A DNA stretch of 32,000 nt, from NCBI RefSeq assembly GCF_000017845.1, contig NC_010546.1, positions 4,770,001-4,802,000 of the forward strand, given 5' to 3'. The position numbers were made by a program, and so were the translations under genes. The notes beneath the pieces are model-generated. The model made no database searches, had not been told where the DNA came from, and saw only the letters and a program-made list of their open reading frames with translations. Positions 19,423-27,500 of this stretch are shown here, piece by piece. This DNA comes from Crocosphaera subtropica ATCC 51142 (lineage in GTDB: Bacteria > Cyanobacteriota > Cyanobacteriia > Cyanobacteriales > Microcystaceae). Positions within the stretch are counted from its first letter, which is position 1. Each line of letters opens with the position of its first letter.

Positions 19423-20583
19423 TTACAGTCGTTTCCAATTAAGTTGATTATTTTCGTTATCCCAATGCCATTGTAATAAATTAGCAGGTTGACCTGGTGA
19501 CATTGCTGGAAGTTTAATCGCTTTTCTAGGGGATTCTGTGGCTAAAGCGATCCCATTCCCTATGGGGCATAATTGCCATTCAACTAAGTTTTTCACTCCT
19601 ACTAATAAGGGTAAAGTTGTTCCTGCTAATGTCCCGTTAGCCAGTCTTGCTGTTCCTTGTTTTACTTCAATTTGTCGGTTATCCCAAGGATAAACCCCAT
19701 CTCCTAAACCAATGGGGGCCAAAGCATCACTCACTAAGAAAACGCCTCTTTCATAAAGACTGCCTCTAAGTAATAATTCAATCATGGTCGGACAGACATG
19801 ATTACCATCAGCAATTAAACCACAATAAACATTAGAATTGATTATTGCTTCCCCTAATAATCCAGGTTGACGATGATGTAAAGGAGGCATTGCATTAAAG
19901 GCATGAGTCACCATTGAAGCACCCATTTCAAACGCTTTTTTAGCCTCTTTTGCATTGGCTTGAGAATGACCTAAACTAGCAACAATTCCCCTAGAAGATA
20001 GATAAGGAATTACCTCATTAGTTATATCTAATTCAGGAGCTAAAGTAATAATTTTAACGATAGATTCATAATTACCTAATAGCCATTCTATGGCTTCAAC
20101 CGAAGGGGTTAAAAGATATTGAGCGGGATGTGCGCCTTTTTTTTCGTGATTTAAAAAAGGTCCTTCTAAATGGACTCCTAACACTTTTGCTGTTGGAACG
20201 TTTTCTTCAGTTTGAATCTTTATAAACCGTTCAAGAATAGAGAGCGATCGCTGTATATTGTCTACTGAGGTTGTTACTAAGGTAGGCAAAAAGCCATCAA
20301 TTCCTTCTTGCCATAAAAATTCACAAATTTGGTGTAACTTGGGTAGGTGTTTTTCTTGGATGTCTGTAAAGGGCAATCCTAATCCCCCATTTATTTGTAA
20401 ATCAATCCCTCCTAGGGAGATCCAGTCTCCTTTCGCATCATAAACTTTATCCCCTGTTTTAGTTGAATCTATTGCTCCCATTCCTTGGATATCTTCGATC
20501 TTTCCTTGCTCATTAATCAGGATTTTTTGGTGTTCTTGATATCCATGTAATTTAGCATTAATGATGGTAATATCTTTTAGCAT
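19423..20583 (-). CDS. nagA: N-acetylglucosamine-6-phosphate deacetylase
   Basis: 386 aa. Amidohydrolase motifs GGIDLQINGG, HLEGPFL, TLAPE, THAFNAM and DGNH. Confidence 0.85.
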   Translation of the reverse strand: MLKDITIINAKLHGYQEHQKILINEQGKIEDIQGMGAIDSTKTGDKVYDAKGDWISLGGIDLQINGGLGLPFTDIQEKHLPKLHQICEFLWQEGIDGFLPTLVTTSVDNIQRSLSILERFIKIQTEENVPTAKVLGVHLEGPFLNHEKKGAHPAQYLLTPSVEAIEWLLGNYESIVKIITLAPELDITNEVIPYLSSRGIVASLGHSQANAKEAKKAFEMGASMVTHAFNAMPPLHHRQPGLLGEAIINSNVYCGLIADGNHVCPTMIELLLRGSLYERGVFLVSDALAPIGLGDGVYPWDNRQIEVKQGTARLANGTLAGTTLPLLVGVKNLVEWQLCPIGNGIALATESPRKAIKLPAMSPGQPANLLQWHWDNENNQLNWKRL

Positions 20584-20754
20584 TTTTCACTTAAAATTAG
20601 GTTATTTTTCTTGACAACCAACCAAAATTATGGGATATTATTTGTCATAATCAAAATATTAGCTTTGGACTCAGAAGGTATCAGATTTTATTATGAAATA
20701 ATATCTATAGAAATGATACCATAAAATACCAGTTGATTCTACTATTCAATCCTC

Positions 20755-21285
20755 ATGACTTCTTCCTCTGCTGTAATCGGTATTATCATGGGTAGTGACT
20801 CAGACTTGCCCACAATGGAGAAAGCCATCGCTGTTTGTGAGAGGTTTGAAATAGAATGGGAAGTGGCGATCGTTTCAGCCCATCGTACTCCCGAAAAGAT
20901 GGTGAACTATGCCAAAACTGCCCATGAACGGGGTTTAAAAGTGATTATTGCCGGCGCAGGAGGCGCAGCCCATCTTCCTGGTATGGTTGCTTCTTTGACT
21001 CCTTTACCGGTCATTGGAGTCCCCGTTTCTACTCGTCATTTACAAGGGGTGGACTCTTTGTATTCGATCGTACAGATGCCTAGGGGCATTCCTGTCGCCA
21101 CTGTAGCCATCGGTAATGCTCAAAATGCGGGACTGTTAGCGGTTCAAATCTTAGCTTCTCATGATGCCACCTTACTGAAGAAAGTACAGGACTATCGACA
21201 AGAATTAGAACAGATGGTGTTAGATAAACAGGAAAACTTGGGAAAACTGGGTTACGAAGCTTATTTAAAGGAAATGAAAGATTGA
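20755..21285 (+). CDS. purE: 5-(carboxyamino)imidazole ribonucleotide mutase
   Basis: 176 aa. Motifs [16 protein letters not shown] and [13 protein letters not shown]. Confidence 0.95.
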   Translation: MTSSSAVIGIIMGSDSDLPTMEKAIAVCERFEIEWEVAIVSAHRTPEKMVNYAKTAHERGLKVIIAGAGGAAHLPGMVASLTPLPVIGVPVSTRHLQGVDSLYSIVQMPRGIPVATVAIGNAQNAGLLAVQILASHDATLLKKVQDYRQELEQMVLDKQENLGKLGYEAYLKEMKD

Positions 21286-21296
21286 TCTACGCTTCC

Positions 21297-21328
21297 GTTT
21301 ATTTGTTCTGGTGCAAGATGTCAAATTA
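21297..21328. repeat. Short dispersed repeat family C, copy 1 (partner 28005..28036)
   Basis: GTTTATTTGTTCTGGTGCAAGATGTCAAATTA versus GTTTATGTGTTCTAGTGCAAGATGTCAGTTAT, 26/32 identical. The 9-mer GTGCAAGAT also occurs at 3458 and, inverted, at 27898. Confidence 0.55.
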
Positions 21329-21343
21329 AAAAATATCATTGAT

Positions 21344-21369
21344 AAAAAAATGGATCGATCACTGATCCA
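21344..21369 (-). terminator. Possible Rho-independent terminator of recA
   Basis: Stem TGGATC/GATCCA (21351..21356 and 21364..21369), followed on the minus strand by seven T. It lies 38 nt after the recA stop codon. Confidence 0.4.
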
Positions 21370-21406
21370 TCCACATGATAGAAAAAAGAGAATTGTCCCT
21401 AGTCTC

Positions 21407-22456
21407 TTATTCTTCTTCTTCTCCATCTCCTTGAGAAATAGCAAAGCTCAAAGATCCCAGTTCTAACTTTTCCCGTACCTGTTGTTCAATGGTTTCGGCA
21501 ATCTTAGGATTTTCTTCTAAATATTTGACGGCATTATCTCTTCCTTGAGAAATATTGTCTCCGTTGTAACTATACCAAGCTCCTTTACGAAGAACCACAT
21601 CACTTTGTTCAGCTAAATCTAACATACATCCCATACGAGAAATTCCCTGACCAAAAATGATGTCAAATTCAGCAATGCGAAAGGGTGGGGCTACTTTATT
21701 TTTAGCCACTTTCACCTTGGCACGAATTCCATATTCCCCTTCACTACCTTTTTTCAGGGTTTGAATGCGACGAATATCTAAACGCACCGAAGCGTAAAAT
21801 TTCAGTGCAGTTCCTCCGGTGGTGACTTCGGGACTACCATAAGTGATACCAATTTTTTGCCGTAACTGGTTCAGGAAAATGACCACACAGCCAGATTTAC
21901 CAATATTTCCCGCAATTTTACGCAAGGCTTTACTCATTAAACGAGCTTGCAAACCCACTTGAGTATCTCCCATTTCCCCTTCAATTTCTGCACGGGGAAC
22001 TAAGGCAGCAACCGAGTCGATCACGACCACATCCACCGCAGCCGATCGCACTAATTGATCGACAATTTCTAAGGCAGATTCTCCGGTATCCGGTTGAGCG
22101 ACCAATAAATTATTAATATCGACCCCCAAAGCAGCCGAATAAGTGGGATCTAAAGCGTGTTCTGCATCTACAAAAGCCGCCACACCACCAGCCTTTTGCA
22201 CCTCTGCGATCGCATGAAGGGCGAGGGTTGTTTTCCCAGAACTTTCTGGCCCGTAAATCTCAACCACTCTTCCCATCGGGAGTCCACCCCCCAAGGCTAG
22301 ATCTAGGGTTAAAGCCCCGGTTGAGATGGTTTCCACCTTCATTCTGGCTGCGTCTCCTAGACGCATAATGGAGCCTTTACCGAAATTTCGCTCAATTTGG
22401 TTGAGAACTAAGCCTAATGCCTTTTCTTTATCAGGATTGTTTGTAATCGCAGCCAT
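21407..22456 (-). CDS. recA: Recombinase A
   Basis: 349 aa. Walker [10 protein letters not shown], the canonical RecA core and an acidic C-terminal tail. Confidence 0.97.
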   Translation of the reverse strand: MAAITNNPDKEKALGLVLNQIERNFGKGSIMRLGDAARMKVETISTGALTLDLALGGGLPMGRVVEIYGPESSGKTTLALHAIAEVQKAGGVAAFVDAEHALDPTYSAALGVDINNLLVAQPDTGESALEIVDQLVRSAAVDVVVIDSVAALVPRAEIEGEMGDTQVGLQARLMSKALRKIAGNIGKSGCVVIFLNQLRQKIGITYGSPEVTTGGTALKFYASVRLDIRRIQTLKKGSEGEYGIRAKVKVAKNKVAPPFRIAEFDIIFGQGISRMGCMLDLAEQSDVVLRKGAWYSYNGDNISQGRDNAVKYLEENPKIAETIEQQVREKLELGSLSFAISQGDGEEEE

Positions 22457-22489
22457 TAATGCCTCTATCTATTCTTACACAACAAATTT

Positions 22490-22503
22490 AGTACAAAAGT
22501 ATT
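22490..22503. promoter_or_regulatory. Candidate cyanobacterial LexA box upstream of recA
   Basis: AGTACAAAAGTATT has one mismatch to the published RGTACNNNDGTWCB pattern. It lies 34-47 bp upstream of the recA ATG. Confidence 0.3.
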
Positions 22504-22687
22504 TGTCTATTATAGCTTGTTTTGCTGACAAGAACTCTAATGATGACAATTTTGTGATAGTCTCTTTTTTCTAGGGTAACATTGAATTTAAGATTCGTAA
22601 GGGAGAAAATTTACGGTAATTTCTGCCTATTATCACTTAATTCTAGAAAATTAGCTAACGTTGACCCAATTATCTGTTTAAAAAATC

Positions 22688-24154
22688 GTGACATTAATTA
22701 TTGCTGGCGATCGCAGTGGAACAGGCAAAACAACGATAACCTTAGCTTTACTAGCATTTTTAAGACAAAAATCGGCCAAGGTTCAATCCTTTAAAGTGGG
22801 TCCCGATTATATCGATCCTATGTTCCACAGTTATATCACAAGTCGTCCCTGTCGTAACTTAGACCCAATTTTGACCTCTGTGAGCTATGTCAAATCCTGT
22901 TTTGAGCAACATTGTCACGGGGTTGATTATGCTCTGGTTGAAGGGGTTATGGGGTTATTTGATGGGGTTCCTTTGAAGAAGGCGATCCCCCCATACCCCC
23001 CTTTCCAAAGGGGGACAGGCAGGAGGCAGGAAATAGAAAATTTTTGTCAGGATTATGGAAGTACGGCACATATTGCTCGAATTTTAAATATTCCTGTGGT
23101 TTTAGTCATTGATTGTAGTCGGTTATCGGGATCGGTGGCGGCGATCGCTCATGGATACCGTTCCCTTGATCTCAATATTAACCTTGTAGGAGTGATTTTA
23201 AATCAAGTGGCAAGCGATCGCCATTTGACCTTACTTGAAACCGCTTTAAATCCTCTGAATCTACCGATTTTAGGGGTTATTCGTCGTCAAGAAGATTTGA
23301 CCATTCCTGATCGCCATTTAGGGTTAGTTCCCACTGATGAACTTTCAGAATTGAATCAGTTTATTGATAAGTTAGCTTATTTGGCCCAAACTTGTTTTAA
23401 TTGGGAGCAACTTTTGCCTTACCTTACCCCATCACCCTGTCATCTTTTGAAGAAGGCAGAATATCATCCCCCCATACCCCCCTTAGTCAAGGGGGGTATG
23501 GGGGGATCGATCAAAATAGCGATCGCCAAAGATAAAGCGTTTAACTTCTATTACCCTGATAATCTAGACATTTTAGAACAGTTAGGGGCGACAATCTGTT
23601 ACTGGAGTCCTCTAAAAGATGAAACCTTACCCGAAGGCACTGTCGGGCTATATTTTGGGGGTGGCTTTCCTGAAATGTTTGCAGAAGCTTTATCGAGGAA
23701 CCAAAACGCTTTAAATGCGGTTAAACAAGCGATTATCAACGGAATGCCCACCTATGCTGAATGTGGGGGATTAATGTATCTGTGTCAGGAAATTGTTGAT
23801 TTTAAGGGTAAATCCTGGCCAATGGTCGAGATTTTACCCACAACGGCTAAAATGGGGCAGAAATTAACATTAGGCTATCGACAAGCCATCGCTTCTGGTT
23901 CAAGTTTTCTGTTGAAGCAAGGGGACCCTATTTGGGGTCATGAATTTCATCGCTCTCAATTAACCCATTCTCCTGCTCAACCCATCTTTAACCTATCGAG
24001 TTGGCAGGAAAATAGCCCTCGTTATGGGGAAGGATGGCACCTTTATAACCTCCATGCATCCTATCTCCATCTGCATTTTGGGGGGTGTCCCCAGATAGCT
24101 GAAAAATTTTTTTGTCACACCCTTGATTTTTTTAGAAACCTTGCGTTAGACTAA
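22688..24154 (+). CDS. cobB: Cobyrinate a,c-diamide synthase (CobB/CbiA), carrying two in-frame repeat-derived insertions
   Basis: GTG start. P-loop GDRSGTGKTT, EGVMGLFDG, GSTAHIA, and the C-terminal glutamine amidotransferase domain (AECGGLMYL, GHEFH). Confidence 0.9.
   Translation: MTLIIAGDRSGTGKTTITLALLAFLRQKSAKVQSFKVGPDYIDPMFHSYITSRPCRNLDPILTSVSYVKSCFEQHCHGVDYALVEGVMGLFDGVPLKKAIPPYPPFQRGTGRRQEIENFCQDYGSTAHIARILNIPVVLVIDCSRLSGSVAAIAHGYRSLDLNINLVGVILNQVASDRHLTLLETALNPLNLPILGVIRRQEDLTIPDRHLGLVPTDELSELNQFIDKLAYLAQTCFNWEQLLPYLTPSPCHLLKKAEYHPPIPPLVKGGMGGSIKIAIAKDKAFNFYYPDNLDILEQLGATICYWSPLKDETLPEGTVGLYFGGGFPEMFAEALSRNQNALNAVKQAIINGMPTYAECGGLMYLCQEIVDFKGKSWPMVEILPTTAKMGQKLTLGYRQAIASGSSFLLKQGDPIWGHEFHRSQLTHSPAQPIFNLSSWQENSPRYGEGWHLYNLHASYLHLHFGGCPQIAEKFFCHTLDFFRNLALD
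22972..23030. repeat. G/C-rich palindromic element, degenerate copy, translated in frame within cobB
   Basis: TTTGAAGAAGGC, then CCCCCCATACCCCCCTTTCCAAAGGGGG, then a diverged right arm ACAGGCAGGAGGCAGG. It encodes LKKAIPPYPPFQRGTGRRQ. Confidence 0.7.
23446..23505. repeat. G/C-rich palindromic element, intact copy, translated in frame within cobB
   Basis: TTTGAAGAAGGC, then perfect 17-bp arms CCCCCCATACCCCCCTT / AAGGGGGGTATGGGGGG around AGTC (23468..23505). It encodes LKKAEYHPPIPPLVKGGMGG. Confidence 0.8.
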
Positions 24155-24230
24155 GCTCAGTTAGGTTAAAGATAATAACCGTTCAGGTAATAAAGGAGGT
24201 GATGCCCATGACAGATAGTAGTAGTAAAAC

Positions 24231-24355
24231 CATGGGTCTCCTGATTGAAGTTAGCCGGCTGTGCGCCGGGGCTGTTCTCTAGAAGTTAAGTCCCCCTGGA
24301 TCTAACTGTAGCTGGAGTTCCTTCCGGCAGTTAGGTTTCAATCAGAAGACCCGTG
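24231..24355. ncRNA. GC-rich, highly base-paired element: candidate structured RNA or palindromic mobile element, strand unresolved
   Basis: A 19-bp closing stem, CATGGGTCTCCTGATTGAA/TTCAATCAGAAGACCCGTG (one mismatch, one wobble), encloses hairpins CCGGC..GCCGG and CTAACTG..CAGTTAG. It is 54% GC by my count within AT-rich spacer, with stop codons in all frames. Confidence 0.4.
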
Positions 24356-24440
24356 AACCAGAATTTAACCCTCTAGTTCCCTTAGTGATAAGCTAATCAG
24401 GGACTGGGGGGTTTGAGCTGTCAAGATAAAAACATATTTC

Positions 24441-24480
24441 TTTAATAAAATTTAATATTTAACTTAAAATCTTTTAACAA
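24441..24480 (+). promoter_or_regulatory. Weak Pho-box-like repeats upstream of the alkaline phosphatase gene
   Basis: TTTAATAA (24441), TTTAATAT (24451), CTTAAAAT (24463) and TTTAACAA (24473), spaced 10-12 bp on the gene strand, 84-123 bp upstream of ATG 24564. The background is AT-rich, so chance matches are likely. Confidence 0.25.
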
Positions 24481-24563
24481 TCTATTACTGTGGGCTTAAT
24501 TTAGCCTTGGTAGCTTAATCACTGTGCTTGATTAAACTTTACATTGCGCAGCAGATTAAAGAC

Positions 24564-27500
24564 ATGGCCAACAATAATAGTGTAATTTTCATTCATCCTG
24601 ATGGAACCAGTCCTTCCCATTTTATGGCTGGACGCTTGGTTTCCGTCGGTCCTGATGGTCTTCTTAATTGGGATAGGATGACCAAGGCAGGGGTTTACCT
24701 AGGACACATGGAAGACCAACTGGTGGGGACTTCTAATGCAGGGGCTGTAACTCATGCCTTTGGCATTAAAGCTTTCTCTGGTAGCTACGGTTTAGACGAA
24801 AACGGGAATCCTTACACTTCTCTTTCTGGTCAAGAAGGCATGACCATTATGGAAGAGGCGATCGCAGCCGGAAAAGTTACTGCCGTGATCAACTCTGGAT
24901 TCATTGCCGAACCCGGAACCGGGGTTTTCCTGGCAGATACCGAAAATCGAGGTAATGTAGAAGAAATCACCTTAGAAATCGTCGAATCTGGGGTGGATGT
25001 GATTATGGGGGGTGGTGAAATTCACTACTTACCCGAAGGAGTGACGGGACGCTTTGGAGAAGAAGGAATTCGCGAAGATGGACGGAACCTGATCGAAGAA
25101 GCCCAAGCAGACGGTTACACCGTGGTTTACACCCTCGAAGAGTTAGCCAATTTACCCGCTAATACCGAGAAAGTTTTAGGGATTTTTGCAGCAGAAGACA
25201 CCTACAACGACACCACAGAAGCTAGATTAAAAGAGCAAGGCTTTGAGGATGAACAAGGCAATTTAATCCTCTATGGTCAACCCGGAAACGAAAATCCTCC
25301 CACCGTTTCCCAAATGCTAGAGGCAACTTTAGGGTTAGATATCTTTCAAAATCCTGAGAATGGAATGTTTGTGGTGCTAGAAGAAGAAGGCACCGACAAC
25401 TTTGGCAACAATAATAACGCAGCCGGCACCATCGAAGCCGTTTTACGAGCCGATGCGGCCATCGGTGTGGCTCAAGACTACATCGATAATGTTAACCCTC
25501 ATACTTTGTTAATCACGGCCGCCGATAGTGATGGGGGTGGTTTAGAAGTCGATGATCGTTCAGGGGAAACCGTCGGCACCACCAGAGTACAACCCCCCTT
25601 CGATCCCGATCCCAGAGTTCCCTACGATGGCACTACAGGGAACGATACCGCTCCTTTTGTCACCGGCCAACCGGACGCTAATGGGGACACCTTTGAATTT
25701 GGAGTGTTATGGTCTGGAAACCCCGACGTAGCAGGAAGTATTGTTTCTAAAACCTACGGGTTAAACGCCGAGAAACTCCCGGCCACCGTGGACAACACAG
25801 GGATTTATCGCTTGATGTACGAAACCCTATTTAATGTTGCTTTAGATGCACCAGAAGGGATTCCTGATGAGATTCCTGAACCCCCTGCACCCACTAAAGA
25901 GACAGGAAACGTCATCTTTATCCATCCCGACGGCACCAGTCCCTCCCATTATGCGGCAGCTCGTTTTTCCTCAGTGAGTCCCGATGGTCGTTTGAACTGG
26001 GATAATATGACCGATGCCGGGGTTTATCTCGGTCACATGGACGATCGCATTGTTGGCACTTCTAATGGGGGTGCAGTGGTTCACGCCTATGGGATTAAAC
26101 CCTATGCTGGCAGTTACGGGTTAGATGCAGATGGGAACCCTTACACCTCCTTATCCGGGTTGGAAGGAACCACCATTATGCAAGAAGCGATCGCAGCAGG
26201 GAAACCCACGGCAGTGATCAACTCTGGCTTTATCGCCGAACCCGGCACCGGTGTTTTCCTCTCAGCAGCAGAAAATCGTAGCAACGTTCAAGAAATTACT
26301 CTAGAAATTGTTGAATCCGGTGTTGATGTGATTATGGGGGGTGGTGAAATTCACTATCTACCCGAAGGAGTAACGGGACGCTTTGGAGAAGAAGGAATTC
26401 GCGAAGATGGACGGAACCTGATCCAAGAAGCCCAAGAAGATGGTTATACCGTGGTTTACACCCTCGAAGAATTACTCAATTTACCCACGAATACCGAGAA
26501 AGTCTTAGGGATTTTTGCAGCAGAAGATACCTACAACGACACCACAGAAGCTAATTTAGTTGAGCAAGGTTTTGTCAATGAAGACGGCAGTTTAATTCTC
26601 TACGGTCAACCCGGTAACGAAAATCCTCCTACCGTCGCCCAAATGCTAGAAGTCACGTTAGGGTTAGATCAATTTGTTAATGCCGAAGACGGCTTCATGG
26701 TGGTTCTCGAAGAAGAAGGGGCCGACAATTTTCCCAATAATAATAATGGGGCAGGTGCCATTGAAGCAACGCTACGGGGAGATGCTGCCATTGGAGTAGC
26801 CCAAAACTTTGTTCGCAATGTTAACCCCAATACGTTAGTCTTAACGGCTGCTGATAGTGATGCTGGTGGTTTAGAAGTGGATGACGTATCCGGTGAAACT
26901 GTGGGGAGCGTCACTGTTCAGGGTCCTTATGAAAACCGAGTTCCCCGTGACGGTGTGGAAGGGAATGATGGCACTCCTTTTGTCACGGGCGCACCGGATG
27001 CCAATGGGGATACGTTTGAATTTGGCCTAGCTTATGCCAGCACCACCGATGTCGCAGGTAGTATTGTTGCTAAGTCATTCGGTTTAAATTCTGACCTCTT
27101 AAAAGCCACAGCAGACAATACGGATATGTACCGTATTATGTACGAAACCCTGTTTGGGGTAGCTCCTGAAGACGTAGAACGATTTGATCCTGTCGCCTTT
27201 GGGTCTGCTGAAGATGACTTTTTTGATACGGTGATCTCTGGTAGTGACTTTGTGGGTGCAGCGAATCAACTTCTCTTTGCTGGCAGTGGCAATGACTATG
27301 TGGACGTTTCTCAGACTCCCGATGCGTTTAATCGTATTGACTTGGGCAGTGGTGATGATCTGTTCTTTGCTGGAAGTGGCGATCGCATTCTAGCTAGTTC
27401 TGGAGATGATATTCTCTTTTTGGGTTCTGGTGGTGATAATGTCGTTACAGGAGGTTCCGGAAGCGATCAATTCTGGCTTCTTACTGACTCAGAAGATTTA

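Noticed and set aside
22326-22794. Track ORFs 22326..22574 (+) and 22582..22794 (+)
   Set aside because: The first is antisense to the 5' end of recA. The second overlaps the cobB start in another frame. Neither has motifs or an RBS.
24238-24262. CCUGAUUGAAGUUAGCCGGC resembles the TPP riboswitch segment CCUGAUCUGGAUAAUGCCAGC
   Set aside because: There is no CUGAGA pyrimidine-sensor motif upstream and only about 9/14 identity after the shared CCUGAU. The match is probably coincidental.
24302-24334. The minus-strand hairpin CUAACUG-CC-GGAA-GG-AACUCCAG... looked like the GGAA-tetraloop domain IV of SRP (4.5S) RNA
   Set aside because: The conserved flanks (AGGUC on the 5' side, GGAAGCAGCC on the 3' side) are not present, and the surrounding sequence does not form the SRP Alu/S-domain helices.
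24495-24540. A second set of CTTAAT/CTTGAT units (24495, 24506, 24514, 24527) just upstream of the phosphatase ATG as a Pho box
   Set aside because: The spacing is irregular (11, 8, 13 bp) and the units lie too close to the start codon to leave room for a -10 element and leader. Only the more distal array at 24441..24480 was kept, at low confidence.
24528-24563. TTG-initiated 12-codon N-terminal extension (MIKLYIAQQIKD) of the alkaline phosphatase ORF in the supplied track
   Set aside because: The extension is not signal-peptide-like. The ATG at 24564 begins right at the conserved domain (MANNNSVIFIHPDG), and the second repeat unit aligns from that point. The shorter start was preferred but is not proven.
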